Below, piece after piece: positions 9,012 to 19,033 of a DNA stretch of 64,000 nt. The position numbers and the translations under genes are program-made. Below the pieces are notes generated by a model that was not told the origin of the DNA, did no database searches, and was given only the letters and a program-made list of their open reading frames with translations. The stretch's first letter is position 1; each line of letters begins with the position of its first letter. Source of the stretch: Flavobacteria bacterium MS024-2A (GTDB lineage Bacteria; Bacteroidota; Bacteroidia; Flavobacteriales; Flavobacteriaceae); NCBI GenBank assembly GCA_905182305.1, contig CAJJBB010000001.1, forward strand, positions 39,326 through 103,325, in the 5' to 3' direction.

Positions 9012-10130
9012 ATGGCATTAATTATAACAGAAGAACAAAAAATGCTTAAGGATTCTGCCTCAGAACTCTTTACGGCAAAAGCACCTGTAAGTCAGATGCG
9101 AGAACTAAGAGACACTCAATATACTCCATTTGATCCATCATTATGGGAAGAAATGGTTGCCATGGGATGGACTGCATTAACCGTTCCAGAGAGTTATAAT
9201 GGATTGGATTTTGGATTTGTAGGATTGGGGCAGATTCTAGAAGAAGCAGGGAAAAATCTTTCAAAATCACCATTGATTTCTTCAATACTACTAGGTGCTT
9301 CTGCTCTTAGATTGTCTGATAATGAAGCTTTAAAGGTAAGATCATTTCCAGGAGTAATGGAAGGAACCTCTCAGTTTGCTTTTGCGATTCAAGAAGGGAA
9401 ACACCATCAAATAGCATCATTTAAAACTCATGCAGTTTTAGAAGGTGAAAACTATATTATTAATGGATCAAAAACATTAGTAATTGATGGTACAACAGCC
9501 AATCAACTTGTTGTTGTATGCCAAGTTGATACGAATCTTAATTTATTTATTGTAGATGCTAATTCGAAAGGAATTACAATTTCAAAAAAAATATTGATGG
9601 ATGCAGGAACCTATGCAGACATAACTTTTAAAAATGTTAAAGTTCCTGCTGAAAATCAACTTAATATTAAATTAGAGGGTCGCCTACTTTTAGATCGTCT
9701 CATGGCAATTGCTTATGTAGGAATTTCTGCTGAACTTCTAGGGATTTGTGAACAGGCATTTGATGTTACTATTAAGTACTTAAAAGAACGCCAGCAATTT
9801 GGGGTAGTTATTGGAACATACCAAGCCCTTCAACATCGGGCTGCAATTCTTTTTTCTGAAATTGAATTATGTAAGTCAATTGTTTTAAAAGCACTTCAAT
9901 CCCTAGACCAGAAAGACCCCAAGGCTTTAAAATACGCTCATTTAGCAAAGGCAAAATTGGGTAAAACCGCTAAATTAGTCACTAATGAAGCTATACAATT
10001 ACATGGTGGAATCGGAGTTACTGATGATGCAGATATTGGATTTTATTTAAAACGAGCAAGAGTTGCGCAACAACTTTTCGGAGATTATAATTACCATTTA
10101 GACCAATTAGCAAAGCTTAAAGGGTATTAA
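9012..10130 (+). CDS. Acyl-CoA dehydrogenase family protein lacking the catalytic Glu box (candidate non-catalytic partner subunit)
   Basis: 372 aa with an ACAD fold (LHGGIGVTDDADIGFYLKRAR). The position of the YEG/EGG catalytic box reads QLFGDYNYH. Starts 8 nt after the previous ACAD. Confidence 0.75.
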   Translation: MALIITEEQKMLKDSASELFTAKAPVSQMRELRDTQYTPFDPSLWEEMVAMGWTALTVPESYNGLDFGFVGLGQILEEAGKNLSKSPLISSILLGASALRLSDNEALKVRSFPGVMEGTSQFAFAIQEGKHHQIASFKTHAVLEGENYIINGSKTLVIDGTTANQLVVVCQVDTNLNLFIVDANSKGITISKKILMDAGTYADITFKNVKVPAENQLNIKLEGRLLLDRLMAIAYVGISAELLGICEQAFDVTIKYLKERQQFGVVIGTYQALQHRAAILFSEIELCKSIVLKALQSLDQKDPKALKYAHLAKAKLGKTAKLVTNEAIQLHGGIGVTDDADIGFYLKRARVAQQLFGDYNYHLDQLAKLKGY

Positions 10131-10191
10131 AACAATATAAATTTCTTTTAAAAAAGCATTAAAAACTAGTCTGTATTTAGCAGGAACCACA

Positions 10192-10199
10192 TATATTTG
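10192..10199 (+). promoter_or_regulatory. Bacteroidota-type -7 promoter box TATATTTG upstream of atpD
   Basis: Exact match to the TAnnTTTG consensus, 45 nt upstream of the atpD ATG. Confidence 0.5.
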
Positions 10200-10225
10200 C
10201 AGCTTAAAATACACATTAAAAATAA

Positions 10226-11755
<1,530 letters not shown>

Positions 11756-11759
11756 TTCT

Positions 11760-12035
11760 ATGCATCTCGAAATTGTATCCCCCGAAGCTAAATTATTTAG
11801 TGGTGAAATAGAAAGTCTCACAGTACCAGGTGTCTCTGGGTCTTTTCAAGTGTTAAATAATCATGCTCCAATTGTATCTACATTAACTGCTGGGGAAGTT
11901 AAAATTGAGGGTAATATAGCCATTGAAAAAGGCCAAGAATCTTTATTCAAGCAAGAAGGATCAACTACTTATTTTGAAATTAAAGCTGGCGCATTAGAGA
12001 TGAAGAATAATAAAGTGATTTTATTAACAGATTAG
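11760..12035 (+). CDS. atpC: F0F1 ATP synthase subunit epsilon (short Bacteroidota form)
   Basis: 91 aa, starting 4 nt after atpD. N-terminal beta-sandwich pattern (MHLEIVSPEAKLFSGEIESLTVPG...). Confidence 0.85.
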   Translation: MHLEIVSPEAKLFSGEIESLTVPGVSGSFQVLNNHAPIVSTLTAGEVKIEGNIAIEKGQESLFKQEGSTTYFEIKAGALEMKNNKVILLTD

Positions 12036-12062
12036 ACTTTTTATAATCTGATACGATGCAAT

Positions 12063-12536
12063 TTATGTTTTTAAGTCATTAAGGCTTGCATAAATTTTTT
12101 CTTTTTCCCATCCTCTATAAATCATGTAATCTAGAATTTTTCTTTTTCTTTCATAAAGTGGATAGTGGCCAACACTTGCTTTTCTTTTTTCAAAAAGTGT
12201 ATAAAAAGTCTCACTATAATCTTCATCGGAGATTTCCCTTAAGCCCTTCTTGATATTATAATCAGAAATTTTCCTGGCTTTTAATTCTCGAATTATTCGC
12301 TCTTTCCCCCATTTTTTTATTCTAAATTTTCCACGAGCAAAACTCTGAGAAAAACGAGTTTCATTTAAATAATTTTCTTCTAAAAGTTTAGTTATAATAA
12401 TTTCTTGTGCGGAAGAAATCATGTTTAATTCTCTTAATTTTTGCTCTACTTCATAATGACATCGTTCCTGATAGGCACAGTAGTGTTCAAGCTTTTTTTG
12501 AGCCTCTTCAAGTGTAAAGGAGTTTTTTTTAAGCAC
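12063..12536 (-). CDS. recX: Regulatory protein RecX
   Basis: 157 aa, helical-repeat protein. The N-terminal EEAQKKLEHYCAYQERCHYEVEQKL pattern is typical of RecX. Confidence 0.75.
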   Translation of the reverse strand: MLKKNSFTLEEAQKKLEHYCAYQERCHYEVEQKLRELNMISSAQEIIITKLLEENYLNETRFSQSFARGKFRIKKWGKERIIRELKARKISDYNIKKGLREISDEDYSETFYTLFEKRKASVGHYPLYERKRKILDYMIYRGWEKEKIYASLNDLKT

Positions 12537-12616
12537 CCTCTAAGATAAAAAATCTAACATAAATTGATATAGCCCTCGACACAGATTTTTTTATGATTTG
12601 TAAAAACAATTTACAT

Positions 12617-12624
12617 TACATTTG
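12617..12624 (+). promoter_or_regulatory. -7 promoter box TACATTTG upstream of the HMA-MauE gene
   Basis: Matches TAnnTTTG, 54 nt upstream of the ATG at 12678. An inverted hexamer TGTAAA-N6-TTTACA lies just upstream. Confidence 0.35.
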
Positions 12625-12677
12625 AATTAAGATTCAACTTTTACTTAGTAACTAAAATGCATTTAATTTAATAGAAA

Positions 12678-13407
12678 ATGAAACAGACATATACAATTAA
12701 AGGTATGACCTGTGGAGGCTGTAAATCTTCTGTTGAAAAACATATAGGGAGTATTGAATTTGTTACTAATGTTGAGGTTTCTCTTGAAATGGAAGAAGTT
12801 ACGGTTACTCTTGAGCATCCTGTTTCTTTTGATATATTGAAGAAGGCATTGCCTGAGAAATTCAACTTATTTGAAAAGTCACATAAAAGTAGCAATCAAG
12901 ATATTTCTTTAATTTCTGAAAAGGGACAAGAGGATTCAAAAGTTAAACAACTTCAACCTTTATTTATCATCCTTTTTTACCTAGCTACAACCGTTATTTT
13001 TTTAAATTTTAAAGATTGGAACTCTAGGGAAATGATGTTTGATTTTATGGGTTTGTTTTTTATTGTATTCAGTTTTTTCAAGATGCTTGATTTAAAAAAT
13101 TTTCCAACATCTTTTAGTATGTATGATCCTTTGTCCAAAAAAATACCTTTTTATGGCTGGGTTTATCCTTTTATAGAAATCGCTTTAGGCCTAATGTTCT
13201 TAATGCGTTTTGAGCTAAACATTGCTTTATACGTTACTATCGTTATTTTAGGGATTACCACCTTTGGTGTTACTAAAATCTCTTATGAACAAGAAAAATA
13301 TTCAATGTGCTTGTTTAGGGACAGCTTTAAAATTACCAATGACTGAAGCAACTTTAATTGAAAATGCCCTTATGTTGAGCATGTCTATTTTTTTAGTCCT
13401 GAGTTGA
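12678..13407 (+). pseudogene. Heavy-metal-associated (HMA) domain fused to a MauE/DoxX-like membrane domain, +1 frame break near the C-terminus
   Basis: N-terminal GMTCGGC HMA motif followed by 4-5 hydrophobic helices. The conserved ...NIQCACLGTALKLPMTEATLIENALMLSMSIFLVLS tail is in phase 1 (open from 13252, stop at 13405-13407), while the body is in phase 0. Confidence 0.7.
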
Positions 13408-13430
13408 TAATTTAAAAAAATAAAGGTCTT

Positions 13431-14102
13431 TTAGATTCCCCTTATTTGTTTAATCAGCAATAAGGTTTCTTTTACTTTTAGGGTTAACAGATCATATGCT
13501 TTAGCAGAAAGTATTTCTTTTGAAATAAGTTTTGATCCCATACCAACACAGGTTACGCCTGAATCAAACCAACCTTTAAGGTTTTCTTTTTCGATTGAAA
13601 CACCCCCCGTTGGCATGATTGAGGTCCAAGGTTGAGGGCCCTTAATGGCTTTCACAAACTCAGGACCATAGATGCTTCCAGGAAATAATTTAACAATTTC
13701 GCATCCTATTTCTTCTGCTTTTGCAATTTCAGTTAGAGAACCACAGCCTGGAGACCATAATACTTTTCTACGGTTACAAACCATCGCAATGTCTTCTCTA
13801 AATACCGGAGTAACAACAAAATTTGCTCCACAAAGCATGTACTGTGAAGCAGCTGCAGCATCGGTAACAGAGCCAACTCCAAGTATCATTCCAGGTAGTT
13901 CAGCGATGACATATTTAATCAACTGATCGAATATTTCTAACGCAAAGTCTCCACGACTTGTGAATTCCATTAATCGTGCGCCACCATCATAACAGGCTTT
14001 TAGTACTGCTTTTGCTACATCAATATCATGATGATAAAATAGAGGAACCATTCCTGATTCTTCCATTTGTTTTACAACGTGTAATCTTGTGTATTGTGCC
14101 AT
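13431..14102 (-). CDS. eda: 2-dehydro-3-deoxyphosphogluconate / 4-hydroxy-2-oxoglutarate aldolase
   Basis: 223 aa with similarity to the KDPG aldolase family (...EFTSRGDFA...VKLFPG...). Lies directly downstream of kdgK. Confidence 0.85.
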   Translation of the reverse strand: MAQYTRLHVVKQMEESGMVPLFYHHDIDVAKAVLKACYDGGARLMEFTSRGDFALEIFDQLIKYVIAELPGMILGVGSVTDAAAASQYMLCGANFVVTPVFREDIAMVCNRRKVLWSPGCGSLTEIAKAEEIGCEIVKLFPGSIYGPEFVKAIKGPQPWTSIMPTGGVSIEKENLKGWFDSGVTCVGMGSKLISKEILSAKAYDLLTLKVKETLLLIKQIRGI

Positions 14103-14108
14103 AAAAAA

Positions 14109-15149
14109 TTATCTAGCGACACGCCCTGAGGCGTCTCCTCCCATTAGTTTTTCGATTTCCTCAATAGTTACCAAATTAGCATCTCCTTTTATGGTATGTT
14201 TCAAACATGAAGCAGCTACTGCATAATCCAAGGCCTTTTGATCGTTATTTGGATAATGAATTAGGCCATAAATAAGAGCTCCCATAAATGAGTCACCACC
14301 ACCAACTCGATCAACAATATGTGTGATTTGATATTCGGTACTTTCGTATAGTTTTTTTCCATCATAAAGAACACCCGCCCAAGTATTATGAGAAGCTGAA
14401 ATAGATCCTCGTAAGGTCGTAATTACCTTTTTAGCACGTGGAAATTTACGCTGCATTTGTTGGCAAACTGAGAGGAAAGCTTCTGCTTTTACATGTTCTG
14501 CTTGAGTAGTAATATCAAGGCCTTCAGGTCTAATACCAAAATGCATTTCAGCATCTTCTTCATTTCCTAAAATAATATCGCAATAAGAAGTCAGTTGGGT
14601 CATTATTTTTTCTCGATTGCCTCCATAATTCCACAATTTAGCTCTGTAGTTTAAATCTGTAGATATAGTTATTCCCAATTCACTAGCAACTTTAACAGCT
14701 TCAAGGCAAGCATCTGCTGCACTTTGAGAAATGGCAGGAGTTATTCCTGTCCAGTGAAACCATTTAGCATCTTTAAAAACCTCTTTCCAGTCAACCATGC
14801 CTGGAGTGATTTCAGACATTGCAGAATGAGCACGGTCATAGACTACTTTACTAGCTCGGCTTACTGCTCCAATTTCTAAGAAATAAATTCCTAGACGATC
14901 TCCTCCTTCAATAATGTGTTGCGTACCAACACCTCTTTTTCGAAGCTCCATCAGTGCACATTGACCAATGTCATTTATGGGTAATCGAGTTACAAATTCA
15001 ACGGGTATATTATAGTTTGCTAAAGAAATGGCAACATTTGATTCCCCTCCACCATATACGATATCAAAGCTATTGGCTTGGGAAAAACGCAAAAAATCAG
15101 CAGGTGCTAGACGCAGCATGATTTCTCCAAAAGTAATTACTTTTTTCAT
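14109..15149 (-). CDS. kdgK: 2-dehydro-3-deoxygluconokinase (PfkB sugar kinase)
   Basis: 346 aa. Carries PfkB motifs (GGGESNVA near the N-terminus, DRVGGGDSF near the C-terminus). Paired with eda. Confidence 0.85.
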   Translation of the reverse strand: MKKVITFGEIMLRLAPADFLRFSQANSFDIVYGGGESNVAISLANYNIPVEFVTRLPINDIGQCALMELRKRGVGTQHIIEGGDRLGIYFLEIGAVSRASKVVYDRAHSAMSEITPGMVDWKEVFKDAKWFHWTGITPAISQSAADACLEAVKVASELGITISTDLNYRAKLWNYGGNREKIMTQLTSYCDIILGNEEDAEMHFGIRPEGLDITTQAEHVKAEAFLSVCQQMQRKFPRAKKVITTLRGSISASHNTWAGVLYDGKKLYESTEYQITHIVDRVGGGDSFMGALIYGLIHYPNNDQKALDYAVAASCLKHTIKGDANLVTIEEIEKLMGGDASGRVAR

Positions 15150-15252
15150 TTCTATAAATATAGAATTTTTAGCTTATTGATGTGTCTGCTTTAGGATCAA
15201 AATTATGAAATAAAAAAACCGCCTGATCGTTAGATTAGACGGTTTTTAAATA

Positions 15253-16806
15253 TTAATTGCGGAGTCTTCTTCGCTCTTTATTCAAGAAACGAAACTCCAA
15301 ATATTGATAAGCATGGCGTGGAACAATACGAATCCACTTTTTATATTCAAAATACCATTTTAAACGCTTGGATGGAATCCCGCTTAAAAGGTAAGCAGCA
15401 ATAAAAGGGTGTACATGTAAATGTATTTTTTCCTTTTGGTTGTGCTTGTTCATAGTAATTTTACTAAGCTCTGTGTTGATCTTGTCAATTAAAATAATAG
15501 GAGCCTCTACTTCACCATTTTGGTTCGGGTTAGGCTCTTTAGTTTTGATATTCATTTCAGGTCTCACACGTTGTCGCGTGATCTGAATGAGTCCAAATCT
15601 ACTTGGTGGCAGAATCTTGTGTTTAGTTCTGTCGTTACTCATTTCCTCACTGAGATGTTCAAAAAGTTTCTTCCGATTCTCGCTAGAATTTAAATCAATA
15701 AAGTCTACTACAATAATTCCCCCCATGTCTCGCAATCGCAATTGTCTAGCAATTTCTGTTGCAGAAATCATGTTGACTTCTAAGGCAGTTTGTTCTTGAC
15801 TTTTAGAACGATTTGATCGGTTTCCACTGTTGACATCAATTACATGGAGCGCTTCTGTATGTTCGATAACTAAATAGGCACCTTTTGACATTGAAACTGT
15901 TGTTCCAAATGCAGATTTAATTTGCCTTTCAATCCCAAATTTTTCAAAAATGGGGAGGTGGTTATCGTACAATTTTACAATCGATTTTTTGTCAGGGGCT
16001 ATGGTTTCAATATAGTCTTGAATTTCGACTTGCATTTCGGCGTCATCCACGTGTATGCCTGTGAAGTTGTCATCAAAAATGTCACGCAGAATACTTGAAG
16101 AACGATTGATTTCACTCAATACTTTTGCTGGATATTTATCAATCTGCTTTAATTTGGCAGATAAGTTTTTCCAACGAGTTAAAAGTTGTTGAATGTCAGC
16201 ATCAAGAGAAGCTACTTTTTGCCCTTCAGCAACCGTACGAATAATTAATCCAAAACCTTTTGGGCGTATACTCTGCACTAGTTTTTTGAGGCGGTTTTTC
16301 TCTGCTCTATCTTCAATCTTTTGTGAAATAGATACTCGATCAGAAAAAGGCATTAGGACCATATAACGGCCTGCTAATGAAATCTCTGAACTTAATCGAG
16401 GACCTTTCGTAGATATAGGCTCTTTAACTACTTGAACCAAAACGGTTTGTTTAGGTAATAAAATATCACCAATATTCCCGTCTTTATCTATGTCATTTTC
16501 ATAACGAAATTGTTTTAAAAGATAATCTTTGTTTTTACCTGTGCTTATCTGTTTAATGTATTTAACTAGTGAAGGAAGTTTGGGACCGAGGTCATGATAG
16601 TGTAAAAAACCATCTTTCTCGTGGCCAACATCAATAAATGCGGCATTTAACCCAGGTATAGATTTTCTGATTTTACCGACAAATATGTCGCCTACAGAAA
16701 ATCTATTGTCTTCTACTTCTTTATTTAGCTCAATTAACTTTCCATCCTTGAGCAGTGCAAAATCAACAGCAGAGGAATGCGAACGTATAATTAATTCTTT
16801 ATTCAC
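15253..16806 (-). CDS. rng: Ribonuclease E/G family (RNase G)
   Basis: 517 aa with a GTG start. Has an S1-like N-terminus (FVGKIRKSIPGLNAAFIDVG) and a catalytic region (IDVNSG, GGIIVVDFID). Confidence 0.9.
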   Translation of the reverse strand: MNKELIIRSHSSAVDFALLKDGKLIELNKEVEDNRFSVGDIFVGKIRKSIPGLNAAFIDVGHEKDGFLHYHDLGPKLPSLVKYIKQISTGKNKDYLLKQFRYENDIDKDGNIGDILLPKQTVLVQVVKEPISTKGPRLSSEISLAGRYMVLMPFSDRVSISQKIEDRAEKNRLKKLVQSIRPKGFGLIIRTVAEGQKVASLDADIQQLLTRWKNLSAKLKQIDKYPAKVLSEINRSSSILRDIFDDNFTGIHVDDAEMQVEIQDYIETIAPDKKSIVKLYDNHLPIFEKFGIERQIKSAFGTTVSMSKGAYLVIEHTEALHVIDVNSGNRSNRSKSQEQTALEVNMISATEIARQLRLRDMGGIIVVDFIDLNSSENRKKLFEHLSEEMSNDRTKHKILPPSRFGLIQITRQRVRPEMNIKTKEPNPNQNGEVEAPIILIDKINTELSKITMNKHNQKEKIHLHVHPFIAAYLLSGIPSKRLKWYFEYKKWIRIVPRHAYQYLEFRFLNKERRRLRN

Positions 16807-16953
16807 TCTGAATTATTTTTGTGTCATTACAAGCTAGGCTCGCAATAACGGATTAAACAATATTTTCAGGATTTTCCTGTAGCAGCTTTCAAACTTTTTG
16901 ATAGCTGCGTTTCAATGAACTTTTAGGTAATTTTTTAAGTGTTTAGCCTAACA

Positions 16954-17046
16954 CTATTTTTTAGTCTTGTGGCGATTTGCTCTACTACGTTTCTTACGTT
17001 TGTGAGTTGCTACCTTGTGTCGTTTACGTTTTTTACCACTTGGCAT
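16954..17046 (-). CDS. 30-aa Lys/Arg/His-rich protein, probable bS22 (AURKAIP1/COX24-like) small ribosomal protein, absent from the ORF track
   Basis: Minus-strand ATG at 17046-17044 and TAG at 16956-16954. Translation is MPSGKKRKRHKVATHKRKKRSRANRHKTKK. Lies between hup and rng on the same strand. Confidence 0.6.
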   Translation of the reverse strand: MPSGKKRKRHKVATHKRKKRSRANRHKTKK

Positions 17047-17075
17047 ATGAAATTGTGTATTAAAATGTTACTAAT

Positions 17076-17369
17076 TTATTTTGAAATCGGTACTTTAGAT
17101 TTAACTCCTTGAACGAAAACCTTTGCAGGCTTGAACGAGGGTATGTTGTGTGCAGGGATTTTAAGAGCTGTATTTTGCGAAATGTTACGCCCTGTTTTTT
17201 CAGCACGTGTTTTGATTATAAAACTACCAAATCCTCTGAGGTAAACGTTTTCTCCTTTTTCAAGAGAAATTTTCACTTCTTTCATGAATTTTTCAACGGT
17301 AGCCTGAACATCAGCACGGTCAACCCCTAATTTGTCAGAAATGTTTGATACAATATCTGCTTTTGTCAT
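17076..17369 (-). CDS. hup: HU family DNA-binding protein
   Basis: The HU/IHF fold sequence MTKADIVSNISDKLGV...LRGFGSFIIKTRAEKTGRN...IPAHNIPSFKP. I start it at the second Met (17369), 34 nt downstream of a -7 box, rather than at the track start 17405. Confidence 0.85.
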   Translation of the reverse strand: MTKADIVSNISDKLGVDRADVQATVEKFMKEVKISLEKGENVYLRGFGSFIIKTRAEKTGRNISQNTALKIPAHNIPSFKPAKVFVQGVKSKVPISK

Positions 17370-17402
17370 ATTTTTATTTTTATTTCTAAAATTTAAGGCT
17401 CG

Positions 17403-17410
17403 CAAATATA
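17403..17410 (-). promoter_or_regulatory. -7 promoter box TATATTTG for hup
   Basis: Reverse complement of caaatata at 17403-17410. Overlaps the shared motif TTGCGAGCCT (see findings). Confidence 0.5.
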
Positions 17411-17473
17411 TAAATTTAAATTATAAAATGCTCTGTGTAAAGTTTTTATATTATACTTGTCCGACTTTATTTA

Positions 17474-18553
17474 ATGATTATAAAATCAATTTATTTAACT
17501 TTGAATTGGACAGACAAACTTCTTTTATGGTATTCAGAAAACAAAAGATCCTTTATATGGCGGACTACCAAGGAGCCTTATCATATTTGGATATCTGAAG
17601 TTATTCTCCAACAAACAAGAACATCACAGGGGCTTCCTTACTATAAAATTTTTTTAAAAGCCTTTCCATTACTCTCTGACTTGGCAACTGCAGATGAAAA
17701 CGAAGTTTTAAAACTTTGGCAAGGATTAGGCTATTATTCTAGAGCACGAAATCTTCATGCAACCGCTAAATACATTCACTTTGAATGCGCAGGTATTTTT
17801 CCTTCGTCTTTTGATGAACTAATTAAACTTAAGGGTGTGGGTGACTATACTGCAAGTGCAATTGCCTCCATATGTTATGACATTCCTGAGGCGGTTGTAG
17901 ATGGAAATGTATATCGCTTTTTAGCTCGTTATTTCGGTATAGATACTCCAATAAATTCTAGTCCAGCACATAAATTATTTAAGGCTAAGGCAATGGATTT
18001 AATTGATAGGCAGAAACCGGGTGATTTTAATCAAGCCTTAATGGAATTTGGAGCCATTCAATGTACTCCTAAAAGCCCCAGTTGTAAAGATTGTCCATTT
18101 TCTATAAAGTGTGTTGCTTTTAATCAAGATAAAATAGCAACTCTTCCTTTTAAAATTAAAAAGGCTAAAATAAAAAAGCGTCATTTCAACTATTTGGTAA
18201 TTTCAGATAAAAAGAATAGATATTTAATAGAACAACGAACACAGAAAGGAATCTGGCAAAAATTATACCAATTTCCTTTATTAGAAAGTGATCAAGAAAT
18301 AAATAATACAAACTCCTTGATTAATCATCATAATTTTCCTTCAATTCAAGCCTTGTCAGAAAGTGAAATAATACTTTGGAATTCTGAGCCAATTCTACAC
18401 AAATTGAGTCATCAAATTTTATGGGTACATTTCTGGATCCTTCCGACAAATGAGTCTTTTAAAGAAGGGCTCTCATTAAAACAACTGGAATCCCTTCCAG
18501 TTCCAGTTATAATTCAAAACTTTATGAAGATTTTTTTTTCTTTTGCTCCTTGA
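17474..18553 (+). CDS. mutY: A/G-specific adenine DNA glycosylase
   Basis: 359 aa. Carries WY..NKR...WR...PY.IWISEVILQQT, a helix-hairpin-helix (LKGVGDYTASAI), a 4Fe-4S cluster pattern CxxxxxxCxxCxxxxxC, and a NUDIX-like C-terminus. Confidence 0.9.
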   Translation: MIIKSIYLTLNWTDKLLLWYSENKRSFIWRTTKEPYHIWISEVILQQTRTSQGLPYYKIFLKAFPLLSDLATADENEVLKLWQGLGYYSRARNLHATAKYIHFECAGIFPSSFDELIKLKGVGDYTASAIASICYDIPEAVVDGNVYRFLARYFGIDTPINSSPAHKLFKAKAMDLIDRQKPGDFNQALMEFGAIQCTPKSPSCKDCPFSIKCVAFNQDKIATLPFKIKKAKIKKRHFNYLVISDKKNRYLIEQRTQKGIWQKLYQFPLLESDQEINNTNSLINHHNFPSIQALSESEIILWNSEPILHKLSHQILWVHFWILPTNESFKEGLSLKQLESLPVPVIIQNFMKIFFSFAP

Positions 18554-18596
18554 TTGATTAAATTTACTATTGCAACCAATTTAAATTATTAAAACT

Positions 18597-19022
18597 ATGA
18601 GCGGCACATTAAATAAAGTAATGTTAATTGGACATTTAGGCGATGATGTGAAAATGCATTATTTTGATGGAGGAGGAGCCATTGGTCGCTTTCCTTTAGC
18701 CACAAATGAATCTTATGTTAATAAGACAAGCGGAGAAAGAATTACAAATACCGAATGGCACAATATAGTTGTAAGAAATAAAGCCGCTGAGGTATGTGAG
18801 AAATACCTATCTAAAGGAGATAAGATTTATATTGAAGGGCGTATTAAAAATCGAAAATGGACTGGAGAAGATGGGAACGATCGTTATTCAACGGAAATCA
18901 ATGTCAATGAATTCACCTTCCTTTCAACTAAAAAAGAGGCTGAGCAAGGTCCACCTACACCACCACTGAAAACAACTTCTACAGAAGAAACTCCTCCTAC
19001 AACAGATGATTCACCCTTTTAA
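18597..19022 (+). CDS. ssb: Single-stranded DNA-binding protein
   Basis: 141 aa with an OB fold (LNKVMLIGHLGDD...TEWHNIV), a Pro/Thr-rich linker and an acidic tip DDSPF. Confidence 0.92.
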   Translation: MSGTLNKVMLIGHLGDDVKMHYFDGGGAIGRFPLATNESYVNKTSGERITNTEWHNIVVRNKAAEVCEKYLSKGDKIYIEGRIKNRKWTGEDGNDRYSTEINVNEFTFLSTKKEAEQGPPTPPLKTTSTEETPPTTDDSPF

Positions 19023-19033
19023 TAATTATTTTT

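Noticed and set aside
11760-12035. AtpC is only 91 aa, which raised the possibility of a truncation.
   Set aside because: The beta-sandwich domain is complete and the gene ends cleanly against the convergent recX. Short epsilon subunits lacking the C-terminal helices are normal in Bacteroidota.
15213-15250. A possible terminator for rng (AAACCG-N18-CGGTTT followed by T7 on the minus strand).
   Set aside because: The stem is only 6 bp with a large loop, which is too weak to call as a feature.
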